Below are positions 17,486-26,272 of a stretch of DNA of 64,000 nt, piece by piece. Positions within the stretch are counted from its first letter, which is position 1. The number at the start of each line of letters is the position of its first letter. The stretch is taken from assembly GCA_035472275.1 (NCBI GenBank), contig DATIPH010000031.1, positions 14,983-78,982 of the forward strand, written 5' to 3'. Position numbers and translations under genes: made by a program. Under the pieces are notes generated by a model, which was given only the letters and a program-made list of their open reading frames with translations, was not told the DNA's origin and did no database searches. This DNA is from Solirubrobacterales bacterium (GTDB taxonomy: Bacteria; Actinomycetota; Thermoleophilia; Solirubrobacterales; 70-9).

Positions 17486-17648
17486 GGCACAGCGTGATTG
17501 CCCTGCTGTCAATTCCACGCCTTGACCCTCCAACTGAAGGCATCGGACAATGGAAGGTTCGCGTTGGCACCTGGGTTGGTTCCTCACTCCCTCATCCCCG
17601 AAGACGTGGGCGAATGGCAGCACAAGAAACGGGAGAGGAGGTTCCACG

Positions 17649-17804
17649 ATGCCAAGAAATAAATCAACCAAGCCACGCCTGACGCGGGTCAGCGTCGAGC
17701 CAGAGGAGCGAGACGAAATTGACTGGGACCGCTTCGCCTGGGCGCTTCTTCAGCACTGCCGGCTCAAGATTGAAGCTGAAGAGAAGGAAGCGACCGAGCT
17801 ATGA
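17649..17804 (+). CDS. Hypothetical small protein (51 aa)
   Basis: GGGAGAGGAGG Shine-Dalgarno before ATG 17649. The stop overlaps the next gene's ATG. Confidence 0.45.
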   Translation: MPRNKSTKPRLTRVSVEPEERDEIDWDRFAWALLQHCRLKIEAEEKEATEL

Positions 17805-19816
17805 AGCGCCGCTCACTCGACTGGTTCTGCTTGCGCTTTCCGCGCGACCTTGATGAGCCAGCGGTGCTGGCGGCTCTGGCTTCGCTCTCGGGCTTGCCAC
17901 ACAGTGCCCGAACACGACTGGAACTGACGGCGACGGAGACCGGCACTGGCCACCGGCTGGCCCTGAATTCGGCAGCGCTGGAGCCGGTCATCGCCGGGCT
18001 GCGAGCTGCCATGCCGAGTTTGCGCATTGAGCCGATGGACGAAACAGAGCCCAGCTCTGGTGATCGACTCCGGTTGCAACTGTCGCCCCGCGTCAGCGCC
18101 ATTCGCGCCGATGACCTCGGGGCTATCAGCGCCGGACTGCTGTCGGCGCTGTTCCCTCTTCATAAAGGGGAGGTCATTCGACTGAGCTGGGACGTGCGGC
18201 CCGGTGTCCGGCCAGCAATTCCCCTTGAACCTGAACTGAAGCTGGACGGCCGGCGAAGAGTCTTACGCGACAAGCTGGCCGGCCCCGGCCTAAGGGCCAC
18301 GGGCGAGCTGTGCATCAGCGCCAGTAGTCCTGGTCGTCGCCGTCGTCTCATGCAGCGGGTGGTTTCGACCTTGCGTAGCCTCGGCACGCCAGCGGGACGG
18401 CTGGTGGCAGAGCCGGTCTGGCTGGGCCAGTTGTCCTGGCTCCTCGGGCGACGTGGTGACTTCTTTGGAATTCGGGAACTCGCCGCTTGCATTGGCTGGC
18501 CCATCGGCAGCCCGGACATTCCGGGACTGGAACTGGGAGCCGCCCGACGTTTGCCGCCGGGTCGGGCGCTGCCCCGGACTGGCCGACTGCTCGGACACAG
18601 TGATTTTGCCGACTCGTTGTTTGGCCCGGCTCGGCCGGTGGCGCTGTCGGCCAAGGCCTCAACGCGCTCCCTTCACATTTTGGGCCCGACCGGCACCGGC
18701 AAGTCCTCCCTTCTTTGTGACTTGGTGCCAGACAACCGCGTCGAGGATGTCGTCTACCTGGACCTGACCGACCAAACCCATGCGGTCGGCTTCAATCCCT
18801 TTGCTTCCGGCGCCGACCCCTCGCTCATCGCTGACCAACTCGGGGAACTCTTCCAGCGGCTTTGGGAAGACTTCTGGGGACCGAGGACGGCCCGCCTAAG
18901 CCACATGGGACTGCTCACGCTGGCACGGCGGAAGGGCTCAACGCTGCTCGACTTGCCCCGGCTGTTTCAGGATGACCAGTTCCGGGCGGCGGTTTTGGCC
19001 GGGCTCGATGACCCGGTGGGGCTTGGGCCGGACTGGCAGTGGTTCGGCGGTCTCAGTCCAGCCGAGGCCGTCAACGTCACCAGCCCCTTGCTCAACAAGG
19101 CCCGGCAGTGGGTGGCCCGGCCGAACATTCGAGCCATAGTCGGCCAGGCCAGGCCACGAATCACCATGCAGCAAATCATTGCCAAGCGCAAGGTGCTGCT
19201 GGTGCATCTGCCCAAGGGTTTGATCGGGCAGGAGACGGCCCAACTTTTTGGCTGCTTGGTGCTGACTGCCGCCTGGCAGGCGCTAGCTGAACGTACCCGG
19301 CTACCGCCGGAGAAACGGGCTCCCTTCGGCGTCTACGTCGATGAGGTGCAGGACTTCGCGGCTGCCCCAATCCCGTGGGACGAGCTGTTCGCCCAGGGCC
19401 GAAAGTACGGCTGCGCACTGACCGTGGCCCATCAGAATTTGGCCCAACTCCCCAAAGTCTTGCGGGAGGTCATCCTGGCCAACGCTCGCTCCAAGGTGGT
19501 CTTCACGCTTGGCGCGGAAGATGCCCGCATCATGGAGCGGACCTTTGCGCCGAGCCTCAGTGCCGGCGACCTCCAGGCACTCGACGCCTATGCCGTCGCT
19601 GCCATGTTGGCGCTCGATGACGGCAGTACGGCCCGGCCGGTGACGCTCACCACGCCACCGCCGCCAGAGCCCGTGGGCAGTGACGAGGCAGTCCGGGTCG
19701 CCTCGCATCAAAACTACGGTCGGTCACGGGCTCAGCTTGAGCAGGAGTTCCGGCGCCGAGTTGTGCGGCCTGTCACCGAGGCGCCGATTGGGCGGCGGAA
19801 GCGGAGTGGCTCATGA
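17801..19816 (+). CDS. TraD/VirD4-like (type IV coupling protein-like) P-loop ATPase
   Basis: Walker A ILGPTGTGKSS and Walker B FGVYVDEVQDF. The C-terminal ARSKVVFTLGAEDARIMER resembles TraG/TraD-family proteins. Confidence 0.75.
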   Translation: MKRRSLDWFCLRFPRDLDEPAVLAALASLSGLPHSARTRLELTATETGTGHRLALNSAALEPVIAGLRAAMPSLRIEPMDETEPSSGDRLRLQLSPRVSAIRADDLGAISAGLLSALFPLHKGEVIRLSWDVRPGVRPAIPLEPELKLDGRRRVLRDKLAGPGLRATGELCISASSPGRRRRLMQRVVSTLRSLGTPAGRLVAEPVWLGQLSWLLGRRGDFFGIRELAACIGWPIGSPDIPGLELGAARRLPPGRALPRTGRLLGHSDFADSLFGPARPVALSAKASTRSLHILGPTGTGKSSLLCDLVPDNRVEDVVYLDLTDQTHAVGFNPFASGADPSLIADQLGELFQRLWEDFWGPRTARLSHMGLLTLARRKGSTLLDLPRLFQDDQFRAAVLAGLDDPVGLGPDWQWFGGLSPAEAVNVTSPLLNKARQWVARPNIRAIVGQARPRITMQQIIAKRKVLLVHLPKGLIGQETAQLFGCLVLTAAWQALAERTRLPPEKRAPFGVYVDEVQDFAAAPIPWDELFAQGRKYGCALTVAHQNLAQLPKVLREVILANARSKVVFTLGAEDARIMERTFAPSLSAGDLQALDAYAVAAMLALDDGSTARPVTLTTPPPPEPVGSDEAVRVASHQNYGRSRAQLEQEFRRRVVRPVTEAPIGRRKRSGS

Positions 19817-19928
19817 GTCGTCCGCTCGCTCGTCCGCTCGCGTTGAGCTTGGGCCGGCGCAGTTGGCGCTGTCATCAGCCGCTGCGGTTGGTTCTGCCGC
19901 TGACTGGTACTCCAGAAATGGGGTTCCG

Positions 19929-20753
19929 ATGACGACGCGGCGCTATGCCACCACGGCGGCGGTACAGACGCTGGTCGAGCAGGTTGATGACCGTGACCTG
20001 GCCGTCCTCCAGCGGGTCTCGTCCTTGCGATTCGTCAGCGGTGAACAGCTTCAACGCATGCACTTCGGCGGCCACGATGCGGCCCAGGCACGGGCTGCTC
20101 GCCGGGGATTGCTGCGACTCGTCCGGCTGGGTGCCCTGGTGCGGTTGTCTCGCCGGGTTGGCGGTGTGCGCGCTGGGAGTGCTGGCTTCGTCTACCGGCT
20201 GTCGCCGGTTGGGTTGCGGCTGGCTGAAGACCAGGGCTGGCAGCCGGTTCGGACTCGGCGGCGGTCGGACGTGCCGGGGACGCTGTTCGTGACTCATGCC
20301 CTGCTGGTTTCCGAGCTTCATACCCGGCTGGTGGAGCACGACCGAGCCGGGTCCATTGAGCTAGTGAGACTGGTGGCCGAGCCGGGCTGCTGGCGCAGCT
20401 ATTCCGGCAACGGCCACCAGGCGGTGCTGAAGCCGGATAGCTACCTGGAGCTGGGGAGTGGGGAGTACCTGGACAGCTACTTCATAGAGGTGGACCGGGG
20501 GACGGAGGGCAGTTCTGCCCTGGCTCGCAAGACCGGGGACTATCTGGCCTACAAAGCTTCCGGAGTGGAGCAGCGGCGCCACGGCGTCTTCCCACGGGTG
20601 CTGTTGCTGGTGCTGGATGAGGCGCGAGCTGGGGCAGTCTGGGGAGTGATCCGGCGGTTGCCGGAAGGGGCACGACGGCTATTCGCCGTCGCCCTGTTTG
20701 AGGACGTTTTGACAACGCTTCAGACCTCTGAAAACAACCAAAAGACAACTTGA
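19929..20753 (+). CDS. Replication-relaxation family protein
   Basis: N-terminus LVEQVDDRDLAVLQRVSSLRFVSGEQLQRMHF and central LKPDSYLEL..YFIEVDRGTE are typical of this family. ATG 19929 preferred. Confidence 0.7.
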   Translation: MTTRRYATTAAVQTLVEQVDDRDLAVLQRVSSLRFVSGEQLQRMHFGGHDAAQARAARRGLLRLVRLGALVRLSRRVGGVRAGSAGFVYRLSPVGLRLAEDQGWQPVRTRRRSDVPGTLFVTHALLVSELHTRLVEHDRAGSIELVRLVAEPGCWRSYSGNGHQAVLKPDSYLELGSGEYLDSYFIEVDRGTEGSSALARKTGDYLAYKASGVEQRRHGVFPRVLLLVLDEARAGAVWGVIRRLPEGARRLFAVALFEDVLTTLQTSENNQKTT

Positions 20754-20823
20754 AACTTGCAGTGATCCTGCATACTTATATGTAGCATCTGAGACCACGG
20801 ATCAAGTGGAGAAGGGAGAGAAA

Positions 20824-22647
20824 ATGACCACGAAAACCACGGCCGTTGAGACGGCCACCAGCGACGAACCGCTGCCGCTGAGCAAGCGAGCTTTTGTCTA
20901 CCTGCGTGTCTCAACCGAGGAGCAGGCTGGCACCGACTACGATCGGGACGGGCTGTCGCAACTCAATCAGCGGGAAGGCGCTGACGGGAAGGCTGCCGAG
21001 CTTGGGGCGGAGGTCGATAGCGAGTTCAGTGACCCCGGCAAGAGCGCCTTCCGGGAACTCCAGAAGCGCACTGGCTTCCTGGCATTGCTTGAGGAGTTGA
21101 AGCGCCGCAACAAGCATGAGGCCACCCGCATCCACTACGTCATCGTCTGGTCGTGCAGTCGTTGGGCGCGCAACACGATTGATCACTGGCAGGCCCGTGA
21201 GTTGATGCGGGAACTTGGCGTGCGCTTCATCTCCGTCACCGAGCCGATCGTCGGAGAGGACACGCCGGCCGCTTTCCTCTACGAGAGTTCGATCGTCTCG
21301 CAGAACCAATACTTCTCGATGCAGAGCGGGGAGAACGTCAAGCGTGGGCTTTACACCAAGGCCAAACTCGGCGGCACCTACGGCTTTGCCAAGACCGGCT
21401 ACCTGAACCACATCGACCGGCTGCCCGATGGCCGCCAGGTTAGGACGATCGTTTTGGACGAGCAGCGGGCGCCTTTCCTGACGCTCGGCTTTGAGTTGTT
21501 CGCCTCCGGCAACTACTCCATCTCGTTGCTGGTCGAGGAGCTGTACAACCTGGGGCTGAGGACGCGCGGAACGCGCCGGCATCCGGGCGGCAACAAAGTC
21601 GGCACCTCGACCTTGCAGCGAATTCTGCGGGATCCCTACTACGCCGGATGGCTGCCCTACAAGCGCGGTACTGCCGAAGAGGAGACCTTTGAAGGCCGCC
21701 ACCCGGCGCTCACCGATCAGGAGACCTTTGATGCCGTACAGGCCCTGCTGGATCAGAAGCGGGTGGCCCATGAGCGGCCGCAGAAGCGCTCGCACTACTT
21801 GAAGGGCAGCGTCTTCTGTCGGAAGTGCGGCAGCCGTTTGACCTTCGGCGAAAGCACCGGCCGCAATGGGCTGAAGTACCCCTATCTCTTCTGTGCTTCC
21901 CGGATCAACGGCACTAGCTGCACGATGCGCCGCAACATCCGGCCCGACCTCATCGAGCACGAGTTGGTGCCCTGGTACCGCAAGCGGGCCACGCTGAGTG
22001 CCGAGCAGGTCAAGCGGCGCACGGAGGCGCTGGAGCGGCTGGCCCGCGTCAGCCAGCAGGCGGTCGTCCATGTCAAGGCCGTCAAGTCCAAGCTGATCGA
22101 CAAATTGAAGGCTCAGCAGGCCCGGCTACTTCGGTTGCACATCGAAGAGGGCGAGCAGATCTCGCCGGATGCCTTCCGAGAGGAACGGCGCCGCTTGGCG
22201 GCCGACATCAAGGCGGCTGAAAAGTCTTTGGCGGCCACCGAGGAGCAGCTTGATATGGACACCAGCGTGCTGCGCATGGCCCTAGAGCTAGCCGAAGATG
22301 TGGCCGAGGTCTTTGCTGACGCAACGCCTGTCGTGAGACGGGGCTACAACCAGGCGTTCTACAAGCACTTGTGGGTCTGGACCGACAACGATGATCCCAA
22401 CAGCGTCATCAAGCCTGGGCTTGAGAGCGAGTTGACCGAGCCCTTTGCTCTGGTGCTGGCTGGGGACTTCGAGACGAGAGCGCACCAGGCAGCCGAAGCC
22501 ATCGAAGCAATGGGCCGCAATGCAACAGACGCCTCCGAGGAAGCGTCTGTTGCTGTCGATCTCGCCGCTGTTTCGATCTTTGAAGTTATGGCGGAGGAGG
22601 TGGGATTCGAACCCACGAGACCCCTTGCGAGGCCAACGGCTTCCTAG
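20824..22647 (+). CDS. Large serine recombinase (integrase)
   Basis: Resolvase catalytic N-terminus FVYLRVSTEEQ, a recombinase domain, the zinc ribbon CRKCGSRLTF..YLFCASR, then a coiled coil. The last ~19 codons read through a tRNA remnant (VGFEPT). Confidence 0.9.
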   Translation: MTTKTTAVETATSDEPLPLSKRAFVYLRVSTEEQAGTDYDRDGLSQLNQREGADGKAAELGAEVDSEFSDPGKSAFRELQKRTGFLALLEELKRRNKHEATRIHYVIVWSCSRWARNTIDHWQARELMRELGVRFISVTEPIVGEDTPAAFLYESSIVSQNQYFSMQSGENVKRGLYTKAKLGGTYGFAKTGYLNHIDRLPDGRQVRTIVLDEQRAPFLTLGFELFASGNYSISLLVEELYNLGLRTRGTRRHPGGNKVGTSTLQRILRDPYYAGWLPYKRGTAEEETFEGRHPALTDQETFDAVQALLDQKRVAHERPQKRSHYLKGSVFCRKCGSRLTFGESTGRNGLKYPYLFCASRINGTSCTMRRNIRPDLIEHELVPWYRKRATLSAEQVKRRTEALERLARVSQQAVVHVKAVKSKLIDKLKAQQARLLRLHIEEGEQISPDAFREERRRLAADIKAAEKSLAATEEQLDMDTSVLRMALELAEDVAEVFADATPVVRRGYNQAFYKHLWVWTDNDDPNSVIKPGLESELTEPFALVLAGDFETRAHQAAEAIEAMGRNATDASEEASVAVDLAAVSIFEVMAEEVGFEPTRPLARPTAS

Positions 22648-22652
22648 GCCGC
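22589..22652 (-). pseudogene. 3' portion of a class-II (Ser-like) tRNA: anticodon stem-loop, long variable arm, T arm, acceptor 3' strand, CCA; the 5' half is absent
   Basis: Read on the minus strand: GCGGC-CTAGGAA-GCCGT, variable arm CCTCGCAAGGGG, GTGGGTTCGAATCCCAC, CTCCTCC-G-CCA. No complementary GGAGGAG and no D arm upstream. Confidence 0.7.
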
Positions 22653-23909
22653 CGTCCGGCCGGCCGGCGAGCGTGAGGCGGCCAGCTCCTCGACCAGCAC
22701 CGCGCCGCGCACGGCACCGTCGTTCTCCCGGCCCCAGGCGGCGATTCGCTCCGCCCGCTCGGCGAACGAGCGCTCGCGCAGCAGCCGGCGGGCCGCCCAG
22801 CGCAAGGGCGCCGGTTGGCACAGGCGCCAGGGCACGGATAGCCCGCAGCCGGCCCAGTCGACCCGCATCGCCGTCTCGCTCATGTCGCCGGCGACCGGGC
22901 TGACGAGGACCGGGGTGCCGGCGCCGAGGGCGCGGGCAATGGTGCCGTGGCCGCCGTGGGAGATGACCAACGCCGCCGCCGGCATCAGCTGGCTGTAGCT
23001 GAGCCAGTCGACGAGGGCGGCGTTGGCGGGGACCTCGATTGGGCGCTGGGGGACAACGCGGTTGGTCGTCGCCACCACCCGTACCGGCTCGTCGGCGAGT
23101 GCTGCCAGGGCCGTCCGCACCAGGCGGTTGCCGGAGTCGTGGGCGGTGCTTGGGGCGACCAGAACCAACGGCGCCTCGCCCGGCGGCAGCTCGACGTCGG
23201 GATAGGGCTGCTCGAAGGCCATCGGCCCGGTCACCCGCACCCCCGCCGGCCACTGTCGCGGGTACTCGAGCTGGGGGTAGGTGGCGACCAGCGCCAGGTC
23301 GGGGCTGATGCCGCCATGGAGGCTCTCGACCGGCGCCAGGCCCAGGCGCTCACGCTGCTGGTTGAGGTCGCGGCGCCCGTGCTCGAGGCCGATCCGCAGT
23401 AGCCGCTGACCCGCTCGCCAGCCGGCGCGGCCGAGCGGCGTCCGCGGTGCCCGTAGCCCGATTGCGAAGAACGGCAGGCCGGCCCCGACGACCGGGTAGA
23501 TGTGGGGGATCAGGGTCGCCAGCGGCACCCCGGCGCGCTCGGCGGCGAGCGCCGGCGCCAGGGTGAGGATGTCGCTGACGGCGACGTGTGGCCGCAAATC
23601 CTCCAGTAGTGGCAGCAGCGCCCGCGCGGCCTCGGCGGCGTGGCGGCCGTCGTCGGAGTCGGCCCCCGGCGGCGGGAACATCCGGTATTCCTGGGCCGCG
23701 GCGAAGCCGAGCCCGGCGCCCTCGACCGCGGCCCGCCGTTCCTCCCAGGTCTCGACGACGACCTCGTGCCCACGCGCCGCCAGCGCCCGGCCCAGCGCGA
23801 TCGCAGGGAACGCGTGCCCGGCGTCGCCGAAGGCGGCGACGAGGACCCTCAGGGGCGCAGCGGGTGGGTCAGGGTGCGTCAGGTCCCTCGCCCGGGCGGT
23901 TGAAGACAA
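22644..23909 (-). CDS. GT1-family (MGT/UDP-glycosyltransferase-like) glycosyltransferase
   Basis: C-terminal signature ISHGGHGTIARALGAGTPVLVSPVAGD and N-terminal VLVAAFGDAGHAFP. Confidence 0.8.
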   Translation of the reverse strand: MSSTARARDLTHPDPPAAPLRVLVAAFGDAGHAFPAIALGRALAARGHEVVVETWEERRAAVEGAGLGFAAAQEYRMFPPPGADSDDGRHAAEAARALLPLLEDLRPHVAVSDILTLAPALAAERAGVPLATLIPHIYPVVGAGLPFFAIGLRAPRTPLGRAGWRAGQRLLRIGLEHGRRDLNQQRERLGLAPVESLHGGISPDLALVATYPQLEYPRQWPAGVRVTGPMAFEQPYPDVELPPGEAPLVLVAPSTAHDSGNRLVRTALAALADEPVRVVATTNRVVPQRPIEVPANAALVDWLSYSQLMPAAALVISHGGHGTIARALGAGTPVLVSPVAGDMSETAMRVDWAGCGLSVPWRLCQPAPLRWAARRLLRERSFAERAERIAAWGRENDGAVRGAVLVEELAASRSPAGRTAA

Positions 23910-24600
23910 TCTCCGGGATGTAGCAGTTGGGGGAGAGGCGGAGGAGGAAGTGGACCGCCGCGCCGATGTCGGCGGGCTGGATCATTTTCTCCGCCCCGAC
24001 CTCGCTCTTGATGAAGTCGGTCATCGCGGTGTCGACGAAGCCGGGTGCGAAGGCGGTGCACTGGATCCCGGCGCCGGTCGTTTCGCGGGCAGTCGCTTGG
24101 GTGAAGTTGATCACCGCCGCCTTGGTCGCGCCGTAAACGGAGAGGAACACTTGGCCGCCTTTGCCGGCGATCGAGGCGGTGTTGAGCAGGAGCGCCTTGC
24201 CGTGCTCGGCGCCCGCCTCGCGCAGCAGCGGCAGGCCCTCACGGGTGCCGATCACGACCGAGCGCAGGTTGATCGAGAGCTGCATGTCGAGGTGCTTGGA
24301 CTGAATCTGGTCCATCAGGCCGCCGATCCCGATCCCGGCGTTGTTGACGAGGGCGTCGAGGCGGCCGTAGCGCTCCTTGTGGGCAGTGAAGACGGAAACC
24401 AACTGCTCCTCGTCGGAGACGTCGGCGGGCACGGTGAGGACCTCGAAACCGTCGTCGCGCAGGGGGGCGACGGCTTCCTCGAGTTTCTCCGGCCGCCGCG
24501 CCGAGAGCGTCAGCGCATATCCCTCTTCGCCCAGCGCGCGGGCAATAGCGAGGCCGATGCCTCCCGATCCCCCGGTCACGATTGCCGCACGGTCCGCCAT
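23869..24600 (-). CDS. Short-chain dehydrogenase/reductase
   Basis: AAIVTGGSGGIGLAIA (TGxxxGxG) and YGATKAAV (YxxxK). ATG 24600 preferred. Confidence 0.85.
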   Translation of the reverse strand: MADRAAIVTGGSGGIGLAIARALGEEGYALTLSARRPEKLEEAVAPLRDDGFEVLTVPADVSDEEQLVSVFTAHKERYGRLDALVNNAGIGIGGLMDQIQSKHLDMQLSINLRSVVIGTREGLPLLREAGAEHGKALLLNTASIAGKGGQVFLSVYGATKAAVINFTQATARETTGAGIQCTAFAPGFVDTAMTDFIKSEVGAEKMIQPADIGAAVHFLLRLSPNCYIPEIVFNRPGEGPDAP

Positions 24601-24693
24601 ATCCCTCTCCTCGTCGTTCGCAGTCCGCAGCACCCTATCGGCCGCTCAGTGAGGCTGTGGGCGGGAGATGGCCGTGCCTGTGTGCTGAATAAC

Positions 24694-25779
24694 ATGGCCG
24701 CGATGCGTGCCGCCCGCCTCGCCCTTGCCAGCACCTGCCTGCTTGCGGCCGGAGCGCTGCTAGCCGGCTGCGGAGGTGGCGATGACTCTGGCAGCTCGAC
24801 CGCGGCGACGAAGCCGGCACCGAGCCGCCCGGCCCCGGCCAAGGATCAGTTCCCGAAGCCCTTCGGGAGGACGCTGGAGGAACTGGTGAAGATGGCCGAC
24901 GCCCACTCCGAACTGGTGGTGACGCCGGCGGCGCAGGTCTTCTACCCGGGCGAGAACCGCTACCCGTTCGGGATCGCCGAACGCAAGGGCGGGCCGATAT
25001 CCGACGCCGAAGTGGCGCTCTACTACGCGCGGGTTCCTGCCCCCAAGCCCGGGGCCAAGTCGAAGCCCGGGAACAAGGGCCTGGTCGGCCAGGCCCAGAG
25101 CCAGGCGCTGGAACAGCCGGCGGTTGGTCCCTTCCCGGCGAAGATCGAATCGCTGGTGACGAAGCCGGCCTTCCGGGCGAAGACTACGACTGACGATCCG
25201 GACGTCGCCCGCGTCGTCTACTCGGCCCAGATCCCGTTCCCGGAAGACGGCGAATGGCGGATGGCGGCCCTGATCCGCGAAGGAGACGAACTGACCGCGA
25301 CCCTGCTGTCGAGCGCCAAGGTCGGCGAATTCAACTCGATCCCCCGACCGGGGGAGGCGGCGCCGGTGATCCATACGCCGACCGCAGAGGAGGTCGGGGG
25401 GGACCTATCGAAGATCACGACTCGGATCCCCCCGGACACCCTGAACAAGGTTGACTACGCGGAAGCACTAGGAAAAGAACCGATCCTGCTCTTGTTTGCG
25501 ACCCCCCAGTTCTGCCAGAGTCGGGTTTGCGGACCCGTCGTCGACGTGGCCGAGCAGGCACAGCAGGAACACGGAAACGAGGCGGCTTTCATTCATATGG
25601 AGATCTACAACGACAACGACCCCGGCAAGGGCGTGCGGCCGCAGGTGCGTAGATTCCACCTGCCGAGCGAGCCCTGGCTGTTCGCGATCAACCGCAAGGG
25701 CGTTGTCAGCTCCGCAATAGAGGGTGCATTCGGACTTGAATTGATGGACGAAGTTGCCGAAAAGGTGATCGCAGAATGA
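24694..25779 (+). CDS. Lipoprotein with C-terminal thioredoxin-fold-like region
   Basis: Lipobox LLAGCGG after the signal peptide. The C-terminal LLLFATPQFCQSRVCGPVVD is redoxin-like. The track ORF start at 23500 is an antisense artefact. Confidence 0.65.
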   Translation: MAAMRAARLALASTCLLAAGALLAGCGGGDDSGSSTAATKPAPSRPAPAKDQFPKPFGRTLEELVKMADAHSELVVTPAAQVFYPGENRYPFGIAERKGGPISDAEVALYYARVPAPKPGAKSKPGNKGLVGQAQSQALEQPAVGPFPAKIESLVTKPAFRAKTTTDDPDVARVVYSAQIPFPEDGEWRMAALIREGDELTATLLSSAKVGEFNSIPRPGEAAPVIHTPTAEEVGGDLSKITTRIPPDTLNKVDYAEALGKEPILLLFATPQFCQSRVCGPVVDVAEQAQQEHGNEAAFIHMEIYNDNDPGKGVRPQVRRFHLPSEPWLFAINRKGVVSSAIEGAFGLELMDEVAEKVIAE

Positions 25780-26144
25780 GCGACAACGCTGCCCCCGATA
25801 ACACCGAGCTGCTCGAATCCTTCGCCGAAGAGGCGCGTCGCCGCTGCGACGTGATCGCCGCCGGTCTCGCCACCGCGACGACGGACTTCGAGACGATGCG
25901 AGCCGAAGCCCATGCCCTGCGCGGCACCGCCGGCGTCGTCGGCCTGCGCCGCCTCGCCGAGCTGGCCGGCCTGATGGAGTCCGACCTCGCCGAAGCGAAG
26001 AAGACCGGCGTCATCCGCGGCGGCCGCGACCACCAGATCGCCGACGCCGCCAAAGCCCTCGCCGAGGGCGCCGTCGCTGCGGCCAAAGGCGAAGAAGAGC
26101 CTCCCGACGTGGGCCGCTCCCTGGCGCAGCTGTTCAGCGCCTGA
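25776..26144 (+). CDS. Hpt (histidine phosphotransfer) domain protein
   Basis: MRAEAHALRGTAGVVGL contains the Hpt HxLKG-type phospho-His motif. Confidence 0.65.
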   Translation: MSDNAAPDNTELLESFAEEARRRCDVIAAGLATATTDFETMRAEAHALRGTAGVVGLRRLAELAGLMESDLAEAKKTGVIRGGRDHQIADAAKALAEGAVAAAKGEEEPPDVGRSLAQLFSA

Positions 26145-26197
26145 GTCGCGATTCCGACTCGCCGATCCCGCCGATCCCACGCTAGGCTCGCCAGCGC

Positions 26198-26271
26198 GGG
26201 GCGGTAGCTCAGTTGGTCAGAGCACGGGACTCATAATCCCTTGGTCGCTGGTTCGAGTCCAGCCCGCCCCA
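26198..26271 (+). tRNA. tRNA-Met (anticodon CAT; an Ile-lysidine type cannot be excluded)
   Basis: Acceptor GGGGCGG/CCGCCCC, D arm GCTCAGTTGGTCAGAGC, anticodon loop CTCATAA, T arm GCTGGTTCGAGTCCAGC. The G1-C72 pair argues against an initiator tRNA. Confidence 0.9.
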
Positions 26272-26272
26272 C

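Larger units (their letters stand above)
4065..22647. mobile_element. Genomic island / integrative (mobilizable) element: accessory cargo 4065-15654 plus mobility backbone 15655-22647
   Basis: Starts at the 3' end of tRNA-Asn and ends at the serine recombinase / tRNA-remnant junction. Contains A/T-richer patches, many orphan ORFs, two methylases, a coupling-type ATPase and a replication-relaxation protein. Confidence 0.7.

Noticed and set aside
22589-22690. Possibility of a complete minus-strand tRNA-Ser/Leu gene
   Set aside because: The T arm, variable arm and anticodon stem fold well. However, there is no 5' acceptor strand complementary to CTCCTCC and no canonical D arm, and the loop CTAGGAA would give the non-bacterial anticodon AGG. 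It is treated as a remnant or att-site component.
23500-24693. N-terminal 398 codons of track ORF 23500..25779
   Set aside because: This part runs antisense through the glycosyltransferase and SDR genes. A clean signal peptide and lipobox begin at ATG 24694, so only 24694..25779 is kept.
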